Shown: one piece after another, positions 38,569-48,799 of the stretch | Layout: each line of letters starts with the position of its first letter | How positions within the stretch are numbered: position 1 is the stretch's first letter | Source: an uncultured Haloferula sp. | GTDB lineage: Bacteria; Verrucomicrobiota; Verrucomicrobiia; Verrucomicrobiales; Akkermansiaceae | Direction: 5' to 3' | Length of the DNA: 64,000 nucleotides | NCBI GenBank assembly: GCA_965652295.1 | Contig: CBFGTS010000005.1 | Location: 1-64,000, forward strand | Notes under the pieces: model-generated | What the model saw: the letters and a program-made list of their open reading frames with translations, nothing else | Told to the model about the DNA's origin: nothing | The model's database searches: none | Made by a program: the position numbers and the translations under genes

Positions 38569-38979
38569 ATGATGATGAATGCTTTGAATCTCGAAACTTC
38601 GTTGCGGGCCGCCGGACTGATGATGATGGGTGTGGTCGCGGCGAACTTTGTCGCGGCGAAGCGATGGAGATATCGACAGAATCTTGCGGACTGCGAGGTG
38701 ATGGTCCGTCAGGTTTTCCATGTTCACTGCGCGTATATCATCGCGCTCGTGGCAGCGTTGGCGCTTCTCTGCCTTGGATGGCCCGGGCTGTTGCTCGCGA
38801 ACGGGATGGGGCGGGTGCTCAGCAGTTTCTTCGGCGTCTTCTGGGCGAGCCGGGTGGTGGTTCAACTGACCTACTACGATGCGGAGACCCGCCGCCGTGA
38901 TCGGGGCTGGGATCTCTTTTTCCTCGGCGTCTTCGCCACCCTGAGCGCGATTTTCACTCTCACCGCGATCTACGGATGA
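38569..38979 (+). CDS. Four-TM membrane protein
   Basis: Hydrophobic ORF in an operon, ATGA overlap with the next gene. Confidence 0.7.
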   Translation: MMMNALNLETSLRAAGLMMMGVVAANFVAAKRWRYRQNLADCEVMVRQVFHVHCAYIIALVAALALLCLGWPGLLLANGMGRVLSSFFGVFWASRVVVQLTYYDAETRRRDRGWDLFFLGVFATLSAIFTLTAIYG

Positions 38980-39419
38980 AAGAGCTGCTTGAAATCGGGC
39001 TGACCATCGGGGGCGGGGCTTTGGTGGTGCTATGCATCGCCAGCTTTTGGATTCCCCAGGCATTGGGTTGGCAGGAAAAGCTGGCAGGACTGACTCCGCT
39101 GATGCGCGAGTTGTGGTGGACCTATTCGATCTATGTCTGGAGCAGCCATGTGTTCTTCGCCGTGCTGGCGCTGGGGTTTGGCGATTGGTTGATGAGCGGC
39201 AGCGGAGCAGCGACGGCGATGGGCACCTTCATGCTGCTGTGGTGGTCGGTGCGGTTGTGGTTGCAATTCTTTGGCTTTGATTTCGAAGAGGTCGAGGAAA
39301 CCCCTGCCAACCGGGCCGCCAAGCACTTGCTGACCTTGCTCTTCATCGGGCTGGTCGTCCTTTATGGGAGTCTGGTGGCTTGGAACGCCGGTTGGATCGG
39401 GGGAGGAGGCCACGGGTGA
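38976..39419 (+). CDS. Four-TM membrane protein (resembles the preceding gene)
   Basis: Similar W..R..Q motifs; translationally coupled. Confidence 0.7.
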   Translation: MKELLEIGLTIGGGALVVLCIASFWIPQALGWQEKLAGLTPLMRELWWTYSIYVWSSHVFFAVLALGFGDWLMSGSGAATAMGTFMLLWWSVRLWLQFFGFDFEEVEETPANRAAKHLLTLLFIGLVVLYGSLVAWNAGWIGGGGHG

Positions 39420-40345
39420 TCTGGGCGATCCCATGGTTGGTGGCCGCAGGGATCGCCGGCGGCCCGGCTTTGGCGAAGATCCGTCGGACATGGCTGCGAC
39501 GGCTGCTGGGCTGGGGCGCGCTGTCTGCGTTCGTGGCCGGGGCACATCTCGCCTTGGTGGATGCGGACCCGATTCTCCGGATGATCGGAATCTGCTGCGT
39601 GTTGCTCGGCGCGATGAAGGGGCTCGTCTACGCGGAGTGGGCCGGGCCGGGCTCCCAAGCCCTCACCCCTGCGCGATATGGGACTTTCGCGCTGCTGTGG
39701 TTCGGCATGGATCCCGCGAGCTTCCGGAAGCGCCGCGAGGGGCTCGATGGGAAGCGCGACGTCCATTTGGGCTTGCTGCTGACGGGGGTCGGGACCCTTG
39801 GCGCATGGCTGGTCTGGCGGATGGAGTGGCGTCAGATCTTCCTGATGTTTCTGCCCATGAGCCTTGGTTTTCACTTCGGTGCCCTGCGGGTGTTGAAAGG
39901 TGGCCTCCGGGCCGCTGGCTTTCCGGTGCGGACGCTGTTTCCCAGCCCTCTCGAAGCCCGGGGCATCGGCGATTTCTGGAGCAAACGATGGAATGTCGGC
40001 TACTCGCAGATGATGCAGCGTCTGGTCGGCCGACCGGTGGCGGCGCGGGCAGGGGAGCCGGCCGGCGTGATGGCGGTCTTTGTCGGCTCGGGCGTGCTTC
40101 ATGAACTCGCCATCACTCTGCCGGTCCAATCGGGATTCGGACTGCCGACGCTCTACTTTACCGTGCATGGAATGCTGACGCTGATCGAGAAACGCCGCGG
40201 ACGGGTCTTCGGTCGGCTTCCCGCCTTGCTCGCGGTGATCCTGCCCATGGGGCTGCTCTTTCCGCCGGTCTTTCAAAGGGAGGTGATGGCCCGATGCCTC
40301 AACCTGTTCGAAATTGCCGCAGATTGGCTGCTCCCGCGGAGATGA
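39416..40345 (+). CDS. MBOAT family (wax-synthase-like) acyltransferase
   Basis: GTG at 39416 after GGAGGAGG. DFWSKRWN and VF..SGVLHE (catalytic His). Confidence 0.85.
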   Translation: MIWAIPWLVAAGIAGGPALAKIRRTWLRRLLGWGALSAFVAGAHLALVDADPILRMIGICCVLLGAMKGLVYAEWAGPGSQALTPARYGTFALLWFGMDPASFRKRREGLDGKRDVHLGLLLTGVGTLGAWLVWRMEWRQIFLMFLPMSLGFHFGALRVLKGGLRAAGFPVRTLFPSPLEARGIGDFWSKRWNVGYSQMMQRLVGRPVAARAGEPAGVMAVFVGSGVLHELAITLPVQSGFGLPTLYFTVHGMLTLIEKRRGRVFGRLPALLAVILPMGLLFPPVFQREVMARCLNLFEIAADWLLPRR

Positions 40346-40440
40346 CGAAGGGCAGCCACTCGGTGTGTCGTGTCGTAAGCGGAATGAGCCGTGGGCTTCC
40401 TCGATAGAGCGGCCGGAATTTTCCGCTGGCCCAGCGCTGA

Positions 40441-40920
40441 TCAACGGCGGTGGAGCCCTTCAGGCATCCAATCTTTCGGCATGGGACGGATCGCAGGTTC
40501 ATTCTTCGCCTTGGGAGATTCTTCCTCCCCATTCGACGAAGTGCCTTCCCCGCTTGCCAAGGCCGATGAGGCCGGCGACAGGGCGTTGAATCTGGCATTC
40601 TCCGCTCCGGCCATGACTTCGCCAGCCCGGTCTCCATCGCGGAAGCGGTCGATTCCAGCAAACGTGGCCGCCGCCAACACGCCGAGTAACAGGAGGCTGC
40701 CAAAACAGATTCGCCACCCGCCCATCAACTTCGCGGTCCAACCGCCGACTCTTCGGTCGCCGATGAGCCATCGTAGCACGAAATAGCCGATGCCGCCGGT
40801 GAGGGGACCAATCACGAATGGATCACACGCCAATGCCTCTCCACTTCGAATGATCTTCACCCCACCCAGCAGCATCCATAGCGCCAGAACAAAAATCAGC
40901 AGCGGCACGACGAGGTGCAT
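40441..40920 (-). CDS. Hypothetical membrane protein
   Basis: 159-aa ORF with 3 hydrophobic segments; no family recognised. Confidence 0.45.
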   Translation of the reverse strand: MHLVVPLLIFVLALWMLLGGVKIIRSGEALACDPFVIGPLTGGIGYFVLRWLIGDRRVGGWTAKLMGGWRICFGSLLLLGVLAAATFAGIDRFRDGDRAGEVMAGAENARFNALSPASSALASGEGTSSNGEEESPKAKNEPAIRPMPKDWMPEGLHRR

Positions 40921-41048
40921 GGGCCGAATCGTGAACGCCTGCCCTGCTTCGACAAGCTATTAGGGGTGGCCCGGCTGCTTTCCTCAACATCCAGACGAGT
41001 GCCTCGTCACCCGAATCCCACGCCGGCCGGAAGCTGCCGCAACGCCGG

Positions 41049-41777
41049 TCAGTCGAAGCGGCGGTGCTCGAAGCGGAGGGTGCGGCATTCCTGGGTGACG
41101 GAGTTCACCATCTCGGGCGGGACTCCACCGGGGCATTTGGCGTCGATCGTGAGGGTGACCGCGACATCCGCACCGTGGAGCGCCAGGAGCTGGGAGATCA
41201 CCTGCTCCTCAATGCGGCTGGCATCAAAGGCCAGACGGGTCTCATCGAGCCTCACACTGCCTTGAAAACGGGTGGGCATTCGCGGCGTGCCGGCCGCTGG
41301 CGGCGGCGGTGAAGACGGGACGAACGGCAAGGGGTTCGCCGGCGCAGAAGCCAGCGGGGGAGGTGACGCCGCGAGGGCTGGAGGACGCGGTGGCGGTGGC
41401 GGTTGCCTGACGAATTTGCTGACTTTTTCCACCAGCTCATCCGGACTGAACGGCTTGGTCAGGTAATCGGCGACGCCGTATTCCTGCGCGCGGATCTTGT
41501 CGGTTTCGCCCTTCTGGGATGTGAGCATGATGACGGGGATGCCCGTGAGAGCCGGACGCCGGTGCCATTCCCAGAGGACGCCGGGGCCGTCGAGCTCGGG
41601 CATCAGACTGTCGAGAATCAGGACGCGGGGCGGGTTTTTCTCGGCCATTTCCAAGGCTTGGCGTCCGTTGTAGGCGGATTCGAGGGTAAAGCCCGCCACT
41701 CTGAGAAAATGCTCCACTACGCCGTGGATGATCTTGTCATCATCGGCCATAAGCACCCGGATTGGATTTTCCTTCAT
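41049..41777 (-). CDS. Receiver domain + Pro-rich linker + DUF499-C-terminus-like domain
   Basis: VLMADDD, LDSLMPELDG, TKPF, then RFQGSVRLD.TR...VTLTIDA...GVP..V..V..CRTLRF. Confidence 0.8.
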   Translation of the reverse strand: MKENPIRVLMADDDKIIHGVVEHFLRVAGFTLESAYNGRQALEMAEKNPPRVLILDSLMPELDGPGVLWEWHRRPALTGIPVIMLTSQKGETDKIRAQEYGVADYLTKPFSPDELVEKVSKFVRQPPPPPRPPALAASPPPLASAPANPLPFVPSSPPPPAAGTPRMPTRFQGSVRLDETRLAFDASRIEEQVISQLLALHGADVAVTLTIDAKCPGGVPPEMVNSVTQECRTLRFEHRRFD

Positions 41778-41896
41778 TGATACCCCCCATACGGACATCA
41801 GGCTTGCCTTTCAAGGTCTTTTGGTATTTTCGATTTCTTGATTATCGAACTTGAGTGGGTGCGCGTTGACCGGCTCGAAGCCGATTGCCACCATTC

Positions 41897-44800
41897 ATGA
41901 TGCGTGAAGCTGATGTCCCAGATCAAGCGACGGAGGAAAGTCCGCCGCCGGTGCGTTCATTGAAACGCAAGGTGCTGGTCCCACTGATCGCGATCGGCTC
42001 GGCGGTGGCGTTGGTGACCTTGTGGGGGATTCATGAAGCGGCCCACCGGCAGTTGCTGGAAGAGCTGGACCAGCGGTCCGAACTGATCGCCAACTCGGTG
42101 AAACAGGCGGCGGACACTTCGTCCGACGCCGCCGAACTCCAGCGGCTCGTCACGGCGCTTGGAGCCCACGAGGAGGTCCGCCTGATCCTGGTCACCGGTG
42201 GCAGCCCACCGCAGGTGGTTGCGACGACGCGGCCCGGGTGGCTCGGCATGGCGGTCGATGACCTCCCGCCGGAGAGCTTGCCGGACGATTTTGTGAACGC
42301 GGGGGCCTCACAGGAAGCACGGCAGCACCTCGGCGCGGGGGCTTTCAGCACGACGAGGACGCTGGAGGGTGGAGCCGGGACGACCGGCGATCCGGTGGTG
42401 ATGGTGTCGCTCGATCCCCGCCCCACCTACCTTGAGATCCGCCGTTTCGTGACCCGGATGAGCCTCGGTTTGCTGGCGGTGCTCGCAGCGCTGGCGGCGG
42501 TGGGGTTCTGGTTGTTGAGCCAACATGTGCTGGTTCCGGTCAGGAGTCTCCGCAAATTCATCGAACACCGGCAAGATGATGGGGAACGGTACTGGTCCAA
42601 GGCGGCGACGCATGACGAGCTGGGACTGTTGGCGCGGACCTTGAGGGACTCACTGGAGCGGACGGATGCGGCGCTGAACGACCTGAAGAACTACAAAACC
42701 GCATTGGACGCTCACGGGATTGTCTCGGTGATCGATCTGCACGGCCGGATCACCCACGCCAATGATCATCTGTGCGAGATCAGCGGGTATTCCCGGGAGG
42801 AGCTGCTGGGGGAAAGTTCCCGGATTTTTTATTCAGGCCACCATCCGAAGGAGTTCTTCAGCGAAATGTGGTCTACGATTTCGGAGGGCGGGGTGTGGGA
42901 TGGCGAGATTTGTGACCGGGCCAAGGACGGCACGCTCTATTGGACGACGACGACGCTGGTGCCGATGGTGGGACCCGACGGAGTCGCGCGGCAGTTCATC
43001 GGCATCGCCAAGGACATCACCGAGCGCAAGCGGATGGAACAGGAGCTCGCCTGCGAACGGGATCTGCTGCGGAACCTGCTGGAGCATTTCCCGGATGTGA
43101 TCTACTTCAAGGACCTCCACTCGCGCTTCACACGGGTGGGTCGGGCCTACGGAGAGCGGCTCGGCCTCGACGATATCAACGAGCTGGTGGGGAAGACGGA
43201 TGCTCATCTTTTTACCGAGGAGCACGCCCGAGCCGCCTTCGAGGACGAGCAGCGGATCATCCGCACCGGAGAGCCGGTGCTGAACCGTGTCGAGAAGGAA
43301 GAATGGAAAGGGGAGGCGGGTCGCATCACCTGGGCGCTCAGCACCAAGCTGGCCCTGCGGGACAAGGACGGGACGATCATCGGAACCTTCGGGATTTCCA
43401 AGGACATCACCGCCATCAAGGAGGCGGAGCTGGAGCTGGAGCAGGTGAACCGCAGAATGCTGGAGGCCCATCAGGAGCTGAAGGCCAGCGAACAGCGCTT
43501 CCGAACGCTGAGCGCGACCGCGCCGGTCGGGATTTTCGAAGCTGACCGCGAAGGGATCTGGACCTATGTCAATTCTTGGTGGGAGGTGATCTCCGGGCGG
43601 ACGCTGGACGAAGCGGCCGACGACGGTTGGCGGCGGATGGTGCATCCGGAGGACGAGTCGCGGGTCTACGCCGGATGGCGAGCGGCCATCGACGCGGCCG
43701 GGGAGTTCGACAGCGAGTTCCGCTACCGGCGGCCGAGCGGCGAAATCCGGTGGGTCCACGCGCGCAGCGTGCCGATCCGCTCGGAGGAGGGCGAGCTGGC
43801 CGGATTCGTGGGGACGGTGAAAGACATCACCGCCCAGAAGCTCGTGGAAAACGAGCTGCGCGCGTCGGAGACGAGATTCCGCTCGGTCACCCAGTCGTGC
43901 CACGACGCGATCATCTCGGTCGATGGCGACGGCAAGATCGTATTTTGGAACCGCGGGGCGACGACCACCTTCGGCCACCGCGAGGAAGAGATCGTCGGGA
44001 AACACCTCGAGGCCCTGGTCCCGGAGCGTTTCCGCCAGCTTTGCCGGGACGGGCTGGCCGATGTGCGCGCCGGAGACGAACGCGGGCTGCTCGGGAAGAC
44101 GATCGAGTTCACCGGGCTGCGGATGGATGGCAGCGAGTTCCCGGGCGACTTCTCGCTTTCGACATGGAGCAGTGACGAAGGCGTATTCTACACCGGGATC
44201 GTCCGTGATATCACCAGCCGGAAGCGGACGGAGCGGGCTTTGCTGGAGGCCAAGGAAGAAGCGGAGCAGGCGAGCCGGACGAAGAGCGATTTCCTGGCCA
44301 ACATGAGCCACGAAATCCGGACTCCGATGAACGGAATCCTCGGCATGACCGGTCTGGCTTTGGAAACCGAGCTGACTCGCGAGCAGCGCGAATACCTGAC
44401 GATGACCCGCAGCTCCGCGGAGTCCCTGCTGCGTCTGATCAATGACATTCTCGACTTTTCCAAGATCGAGGCGGGCAAGCTCGAGCTTGAAACGATCGGA
44501 TTCAGTTTGCGCGATTGTATCGGTGACACACTGAAGCCGCTGGGACTGCGCGCCGACCAGAAGGGGGTCGAGCTGACCGCTCGCATTCCACCCGAGGTGC
44601 CGGATCAGGTGCTCGGCGATCCGATGCGGCTGCGGCAGATCCTTGTCAACCTGACCGAGAACGCGATCAAGTTCACGCCGGAGGGGGATGTGATGGTGCG
44701 TGTCTCGATGGATGCTCCGGCCGACAACGGGCATGAACCGATGTTCCACTTTTCCGTCTCGGATACCGGCATCGGTATCCCGGCAGAGAAGCAAGCGTTG

Positions 44801-46189
44801 ATCTTCGAGGCCTTTTCCCAAGCGGACGGGACCACCACCCGGCACTTCGGTGGGACCGGTCTCGGGCTCGCGATTTCCTCCGAGCTGGTTCGGAAGATGA
44901 AAGGCGAGATATGGGTCGAGAGCGAGGTCGGCCGTGGCACCACGTTCCATTTCACCGCCCGACTTTCAATCCAGGACGAGGGCGCGGAGAGCGCCGTCGA
45001 GACCGGTCCCAATTTGGAAGGGATGCGGGTGCTGGTGGTGGACGATCACCGGGAAAGCCGCCAAATCGTGGGAGAGATGCTGGCCAACTGGCGGCTGGCC
45101 CCGGTACTGGCGGCCGATGGCGAGCATGCCCTGGAGGAAATGAAAAGGGCTGCGGATGAAGGCCGGCCGTTCGGCCTAGTGATCATCGACGGGGTGATGC
45201 CGGAAATGGACGGGTTCGCGCTGGTCGAGAGGGTCCGCCGGGAGTCCGCGCTGGGTGGGGCGATCGTGATGGTTCTGGCGCCGGCCATGCCCGCCGGTGT
45301 CGGGCAGCGCTGCCACGATCTCGGAATCGCGGCGATGGTGACCAAACCCGTGGCCCAGTCGGAGCTGCTCGATGCGATCCTGGTGGCGGTTGACGGCGGA
45401 AAGACCTCTCCCGCGAGCAAATCGCCCGCGCCATCGGCACCCGACAGCGCGGCCGGATTGCGGATCCTCCTCGCGGAAGACAATGTGATCAATCGCGCCG
45501 TGGTCACCGGCATGCTGGAGAAAGATGGCCATGTGCTGATTCATGCCACCAACGGTCGGGAAGCCGTGGAGATTGCCAGTTCCGATCCGGAGATCGACGT
45601 GATCCTGATGGACGTGCAAATGCCCGAAATGGACGGACTGGAAGCCACCCGGCGGATCCGCGGGCTGGAGCAGGCCGGCGCACGGCATATCCCGATCGTC
45701 GCGATGACCGCCCATGCGATGGCCGGCGATCGCGAACGCTGTCTGGAAGCCGGCGTTGATGAGTACCTCGCCAAGCCGGTGCGGAAGGAAAGCTTGCTCA
45801 ATGTGCTGGCCGGCATCAGCGGAACAGGTGGGGTTTCCAGTGCCACGGCGGAAGATCCGTCGGCGGCTTTCACCCGCGCCAGCCTGCTGGCAAAGTTTGA
45901 CGAAAACGAAGAGCTGGTGTCCCACCTCGCCGGGTTGTTCATGGAGAACACGCCACGGCTGATGGATGATCTCCGCGAGGCCATCGCCGCAGGGGATCCG
46001 CCCGCGCTCTACCGCACGGCTCATGCGCTGCTCAGCTCGCTCGGCGCTTTCGGAGCGGACGAGGCCCATCGGATCGCCCGCGAACTGGAGGAACTCGGAC
46101 GATCGGGATCGGTCTCAGGCGCGGAAAAGCTCTTCGCCGCCCTCGAAGGAGAGGTGGCGACGATCTATCGGGCGCTCAAGCCGGACTGA
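41897..46189 (+). CDS. Hybrid sensor kinase (2 TM, HAMP-like, 4 PAS, HisKA, HATPase, 2 REC, Hpt)
   Basis: FLANMSHEIRTPMNG, QILVNL..NAIKFT, GGTGLGL, two receiver domains and Hpt AHAL. Confidence 0.95.
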   Translation: MMREADVPDQATEESPPPVRSLKRKVLVPLIAIGSAVALVTLWGIHEAAHRQLLEELDQRSELIANSVKQAADTSSDAAELQRLVTALGAHEEVRLILVTGGSPPQVVATTRPGWLGMAVDDLPPESLPDDFVNAGASQEARQHLGAGAFSTTRTLEGGAGTTGDPVVMVSLDPRPTYLEIRRFVTRMSLGLLAVLAALAAVGFWLLSQHVLVPVRSLRKFIEHRQDDGERYWSKAATHDELGLLARTLRDSLERTDAALNDLKNYKTALDAHGIVSVIDLHGRITHANDHLCEISGYSREELLGESSRIFYSGHHPKEFFSEMWSTISEGGVWDGEICDRAKDGTLYWTTTTLVPMVGPDGVARQFIGIAKDITERKRMEQELACERDLLRNLLEHFPDVIYFKDLHSRFTRVGRAYGERLGLDDINELVGKTDAHLFTEEHARAAFEDEQRIIRTGEPVLNRVEKEEWKGEAGRITWALSTKLALRDKDGTIIGTFGISKDITAIKEAELELEQVNRRMLEAHQELKASEQRFRTLSATAPVGIFEADREGIWTYVNSWWEVISGRTLDEAADDGWRRMVHPEDESRVYAGWRAAIDAAGEFDSEFRYRRPSGEIRWVHARSVPIRSEEGELAGFVGTVKDITAQKLVENELRASETRFRSVTQSCHDAIISVDGDGKIVFWNRGATTTFGHREEEIVGKHLEALVPERFRQLCRDGLADVRAGDERGLLGKTIEFTGLRMDGSEFPGDFSLSTWSSDEGVFYTGIVRDITSRKRTERALLEAKEEAEQASRTKSDFLANMSHEIRTPMNGILGMTGLALETELTREQREYLTMTRSSAESLLRLINDILDFSKIEAGKLELETIGFSLRDCIGDTLKPLGLRADQKGVELTARIPPEVPDQVLGDPMRLRQILVNLTENAIKFTPEGDVMVRVSMDAPADNGHEPMFHFSVSDTGIGIPAEKQALIFEAFSQADGTTTRHFGGTGLGLAISSELVRKMKGEIWVESEVGRGTTFHFTARLSIQDEGAESAVETGPNLEGMRVLVVDDHRESRQIVGEMLANWRLAPVLAADGEHALEEMKRAADEGRPFGLVIIDGVMPEMDGFALVERVRRESALGGAIVMVLAPAMPAGVGQRCHDLGIAAMVTKPVAQSELLDAILVAVDGGKTSPASKSPAPSAPDSAAGLRILLAEDNVINRAVVTGMLEKDGHVLIHATNGREAVEIASSDPEIDVILMDVQMPEMDGLEATRRIRGLEQAGARHIPIVAMTAHAMAGDRERCLEAGVDEYLAKPVRKESLLNVLAGISGTGGVSSATAEDPSAAFTRASLLAKFDENEELVSHLAGLFMENTPRLMDDLREAIAAGDPPALYRTAHALLSSLGAFGADEAHRIARELEELGRSGSVSGAEKLFAALEGEVATIYRALKPD

Positions 46190-47405
46190 CCGCCGCCGGT
46201 TCCTTCTTATAGACGTCCGAACGGATCAGAATCATCCCTGCGGCCGCGAGACCCGTCACTCCGCACAAGAGCCACAACATCTCCGGGCTGCGGGCGAAAA
46301 CCCAGAGTCCGATCATCGGACCCACGCCGATCGCCGTGTTCCAGCTGAAGCCGAGCACGCCCATGTAGCGGCCCCGCATGCTCTCGGGTGCGAGATTCGC
46401 GACGTAGCTGCTACTGATGGGCATGGCGATCATTTCGCCGATCGTCAGCACCACGATCGATGTGATCAACATCGCCGGCCCTGCACCAAAAGCCAGCAAA
46501 GCGAGACCGAGTCCGGTCAGGGCGTAGCCGAAAGCCATCGCCCGTTGCGGATCCAGACACCGCGTCCAGTTCGTCAGCGGGAGTTCCAGGAAAACGATCA
46601 TGATCCCGTTGAGCCCCAGCAGAAAACCAAATGCCCGTTCGTCGAGGCCCGAATGTTCCGTGACCTGGAGCCCCAGCGTGCTGCTCGTCTGCCAGAAAAC
46701 GATCGCCACCAGAAACGACGCGACCGTCGCCCGGATGAACGCCCCGTTCCTCCGGATCGAGGACAGCGCCGGCCCCCAGCCCGCGGCCGACGTGGCTTTC
46801 GTTCCGATCCCACGGGCCAGTCCGAAAAGGATAATGAACCCCAGGACTGCCGTTGTTCCGGCATCCACGATGAACAGCCAGAAAAACGACGACGCGGCGA
46901 CGAGCCCCGCCGTCATCATGCCCAGCGCGAACGCCAGATTGATGGTGAATCGCTGCACCCCGAACGCCCGCACCCGAAGGTCCCTGCCGATCAGATCCGC
47001 GACCAGCGAACTACTGGCAGGATAGTACAAACAGGTCATCAGCCCCGAGAGGAAAGCTCCCGAAACAAACGCGAACTCCGTCCGTGCGATGCTCAGCAAC
47101 AGCATCGTCGCCGCAGCTCCGAAGCAGGAGATCAGCAACGTTGGTTTCCGTCCGATCTTGTCCGCGAGGTACCCGCCGAGGATCGAGGCGCAGAAGCCGC
47201 CCGCGCCATAGGCGGCGAGCGCGTAGCCAGTCACCGACGGCGTGAAACCGAGCTGGCGCAGATAGATCGCCAGGAATGGAATCACGAAATGTCCGAACCG
47301 ATTGATGAACGTGCCTGCCATCAGAAGATAGAAGGGTTTCGGCAATCGTTTCAGATCGGCGGCCAGGCTTGTTCTGGTCGTGGACGGCGTGTCGTTGGTG
47401 CTCAT
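46176..47405 (-). CDS. MFS transporter (MdtH/drug-efflux-like)
   Basis: GGYLADKIGRK motif A, ~12 TM helices, RGRYMG. Confidence 0.9.
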   Translation of the reverse strand: MSTNDTPSTTRTSLAADLKRLPKPFYLLMAGTFINRFGHFVIPFLAIYLRQLGFTPSVTGYALAAYGAGGFCASILGGYLADKIGRKPTLLISCFGAAATMLLLSIARTEFAFVSGAFLSGLMTCLYYPASSSLVADLIGRDLRVRAFGVQRFTINLAFALGMMTAGLVAASSFFWLFIVDAGTTAVLGFIILFGLARGIGTKATSAAGWGPALSSIRRNGAFIRATVASFLVAIVFWQTSSTLGLQVTEHSGLDERAFGFLLGLNGIMIVFLELPLTNWTRCLDPQRAMAFGYALTGLGLALLAFGAGPAMLITSIVVLTIGEMIAMPISSSYVANLAPESMRGRYMGVLGFSWNTAIGVGPMIGLWVFARSPEMLWLLCGVTGLAAAGMILIRSDVYKKEPAAVSPA

Positions 47406-47414
47406 TTCCGTGCG

Positions 47415-47450
47415 AAAACAAAAAACCCGCTCACCTGGTGGGGTGGCGGG
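47415..47450 (-). terminator. Intrinsic terminator immediately upstream of the MFS start (attenuator)
   Basis: Minus strand cccgccacc-ccacca-ggtgagcggg followed by ttttttgtttt, ~10 nt before the ATG at 47405. Confidence 0.8.
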
Positions 47451-47482
47451 GCTCATGAAATAGAAGATCTGCTTCTATCAGG

Positions 47483-47629
47483 TCAGGTCGGAAGGACCTG
47501 TCGTTCACGATGCCCCGCGCTGGGAATGAGGTGGAGATAACCTCGGACGGTCATCTTCAGCCACGATGGCGCGCCCTCATCTCCGCGAAGGCGGGAGATG
47601 GAATGGAAGCGCTGAGACATGGCGGACAT
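47483..47629 (-). CDS. Putative leader peptide (M)SAMSQRFHSISRLRGDEGAPSWLKMTVRGYLHLIPSAGHRERQVLPT
   Basis: Short ORF ending ~30 nt before the terminator hairpin; several in-frame ATGs. Confidence 0.4.
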   Translation of the reverse strand: MSAMSQRFHSISRLRGDEGAPSWLKMTVRGYLHLIPSAGHRERQVLPT

Positions 47630-47746
47630 CGGAAGCGGGAGAATGATACGGAAACCGGCAGGGTCAATCTAAAACGCGATTCCGGACGAGGTCATCATGG
47701 ACTGCGCGCCCGGCCCACCCGCGGGATCGTCTGTTACGGCAGCTCC

Positions 47747-48751
47747 TCACCTCTCCTCCGCCACCACTGCCTTTGCCTCGCTCCATTTCATGTGATGAGA
47801 ACGCATGGCCCACCAGCCAGCGGGCAACAGGATCGCCGCCTGCACGGCGTGCATGACCAGTGAATAACCCAGTGCCTCCTCTTTCCCCACACCATACAGC
47901 GCCAGCGCGGCGATGCATCCGGCCTGGAAGGTGCCGAGGAAGCCGGGCGGCCCTGGCGCGGCCACCGCCAATGCCACCAACACCATCACCGCCAGGCCAG
48001 CTTGCGGAGGAGCATCGAGTCCCATCATTGGCAGGCCGGCCGCATACATCCCCGCGAAAATCCCCCACACCCCCAGTGTTCCTCCCACCGCCAGCAGCCA
48101 GCGGCCGGGGGATCTCACGGCTCCGACACCTTCCAAAATTCCGCCCGCGAGGTGACCAAGCGCCGCCCGCCATTTAGGAGAACCCGGGCCCGTCGGAAAC
48201 CACGAGGCACACCAACGTTCGAAGGTTTTCCGCAGCACATACACCGCCGCCAGACCGACGATCCCCGCCAGGGCCATCACTCCGAGCCCGCGCGCTCCCG
48301 CCGCCAACCAGTCCGGCACCGCTTCCGCTCCCGCCACAACCCAGGCCAGCGCGCCGATCACCGTCACCGCGTCGAGCACCCGCTCGACCACCAGGCTGCC
48401 GAGCGCCGGCGCGAAACGCAGCCCGCCCCACCGCCCGATCATCCACGCCCGTGCCAGTTCGCCGGCACGCAGCGGCATGACAAAGGCCACCATGAACCCT
48501 CCGAAGCTTGCTCCGAGCCGGGCTCCGAAATCGACACGCTTCGGCAGCAACAGACCCCATCTCCAAGCCCGCAGCCAGAAGCTCGCAAGATAAAGGAGCG
48601 CCACCACCGCCAGCCATGGCCACCGCAGATCCGCGATGGCCTCGGCCAGCCGACGGAAATCCATCTGCCGCAGCATCCACACCGCACCTCCGACCAGCGC
48701 GAGCGCCACCACGCCCGCCCCCCACCGTTGACCTTTCGACGCCCCGCTCAC
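47747..48751 (-). CDS. Lysylphosphatidylglycerol-synthase-TM / flippase-like (UPF0104) membrane protein
   Basis: LRAWRW, P.RAGELAR, VVERVLD, PGFLGTF. Confidence 0.85.
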   Translation of the reverse strand: MSGASKGQRWGAGVVALALVGGAVWMLRQMDFRRLAEAIADLRWPWLAVVALLYLASFWLRAWRWGLLLPKRVDFGARLGASFGGFMVAFVMPLRAGELARAWMIGRWGGLRFAPALGSLVVERVLDAVTVIGALAWVVAGAEAVPDWLAAGARGLGVMALAGIVGLAAVYVLRKTFERWCASWFPTGPGSPKWRAALGHLAGGILEGVGAVRSPGRWLLAVGGTLGVWGIFAGMYAAGLPMMGLDAPPQAGLAVMVLVALAVAAPGPPGFLGTFQAGCIAALALYGVGKEEALGYSLVMHAVQAAILLPAGWWAMRSHHMKWSEAKAVVAEER

Positions 48752-48799
48752 GTGCGGTACTCTCCGCCTTTTCCCACCAGCCTCACAAGCGGGAAGCAA

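Noticed and set aside
47460..47640. Known metabolite riboswitch (SAM/TPP/cobalamin) upstream of the MFS gene
   Set aside because: Consensus motifs not recognised; uORF plus terminator fits attenuation better. An Rfam search is needed to exclude it.
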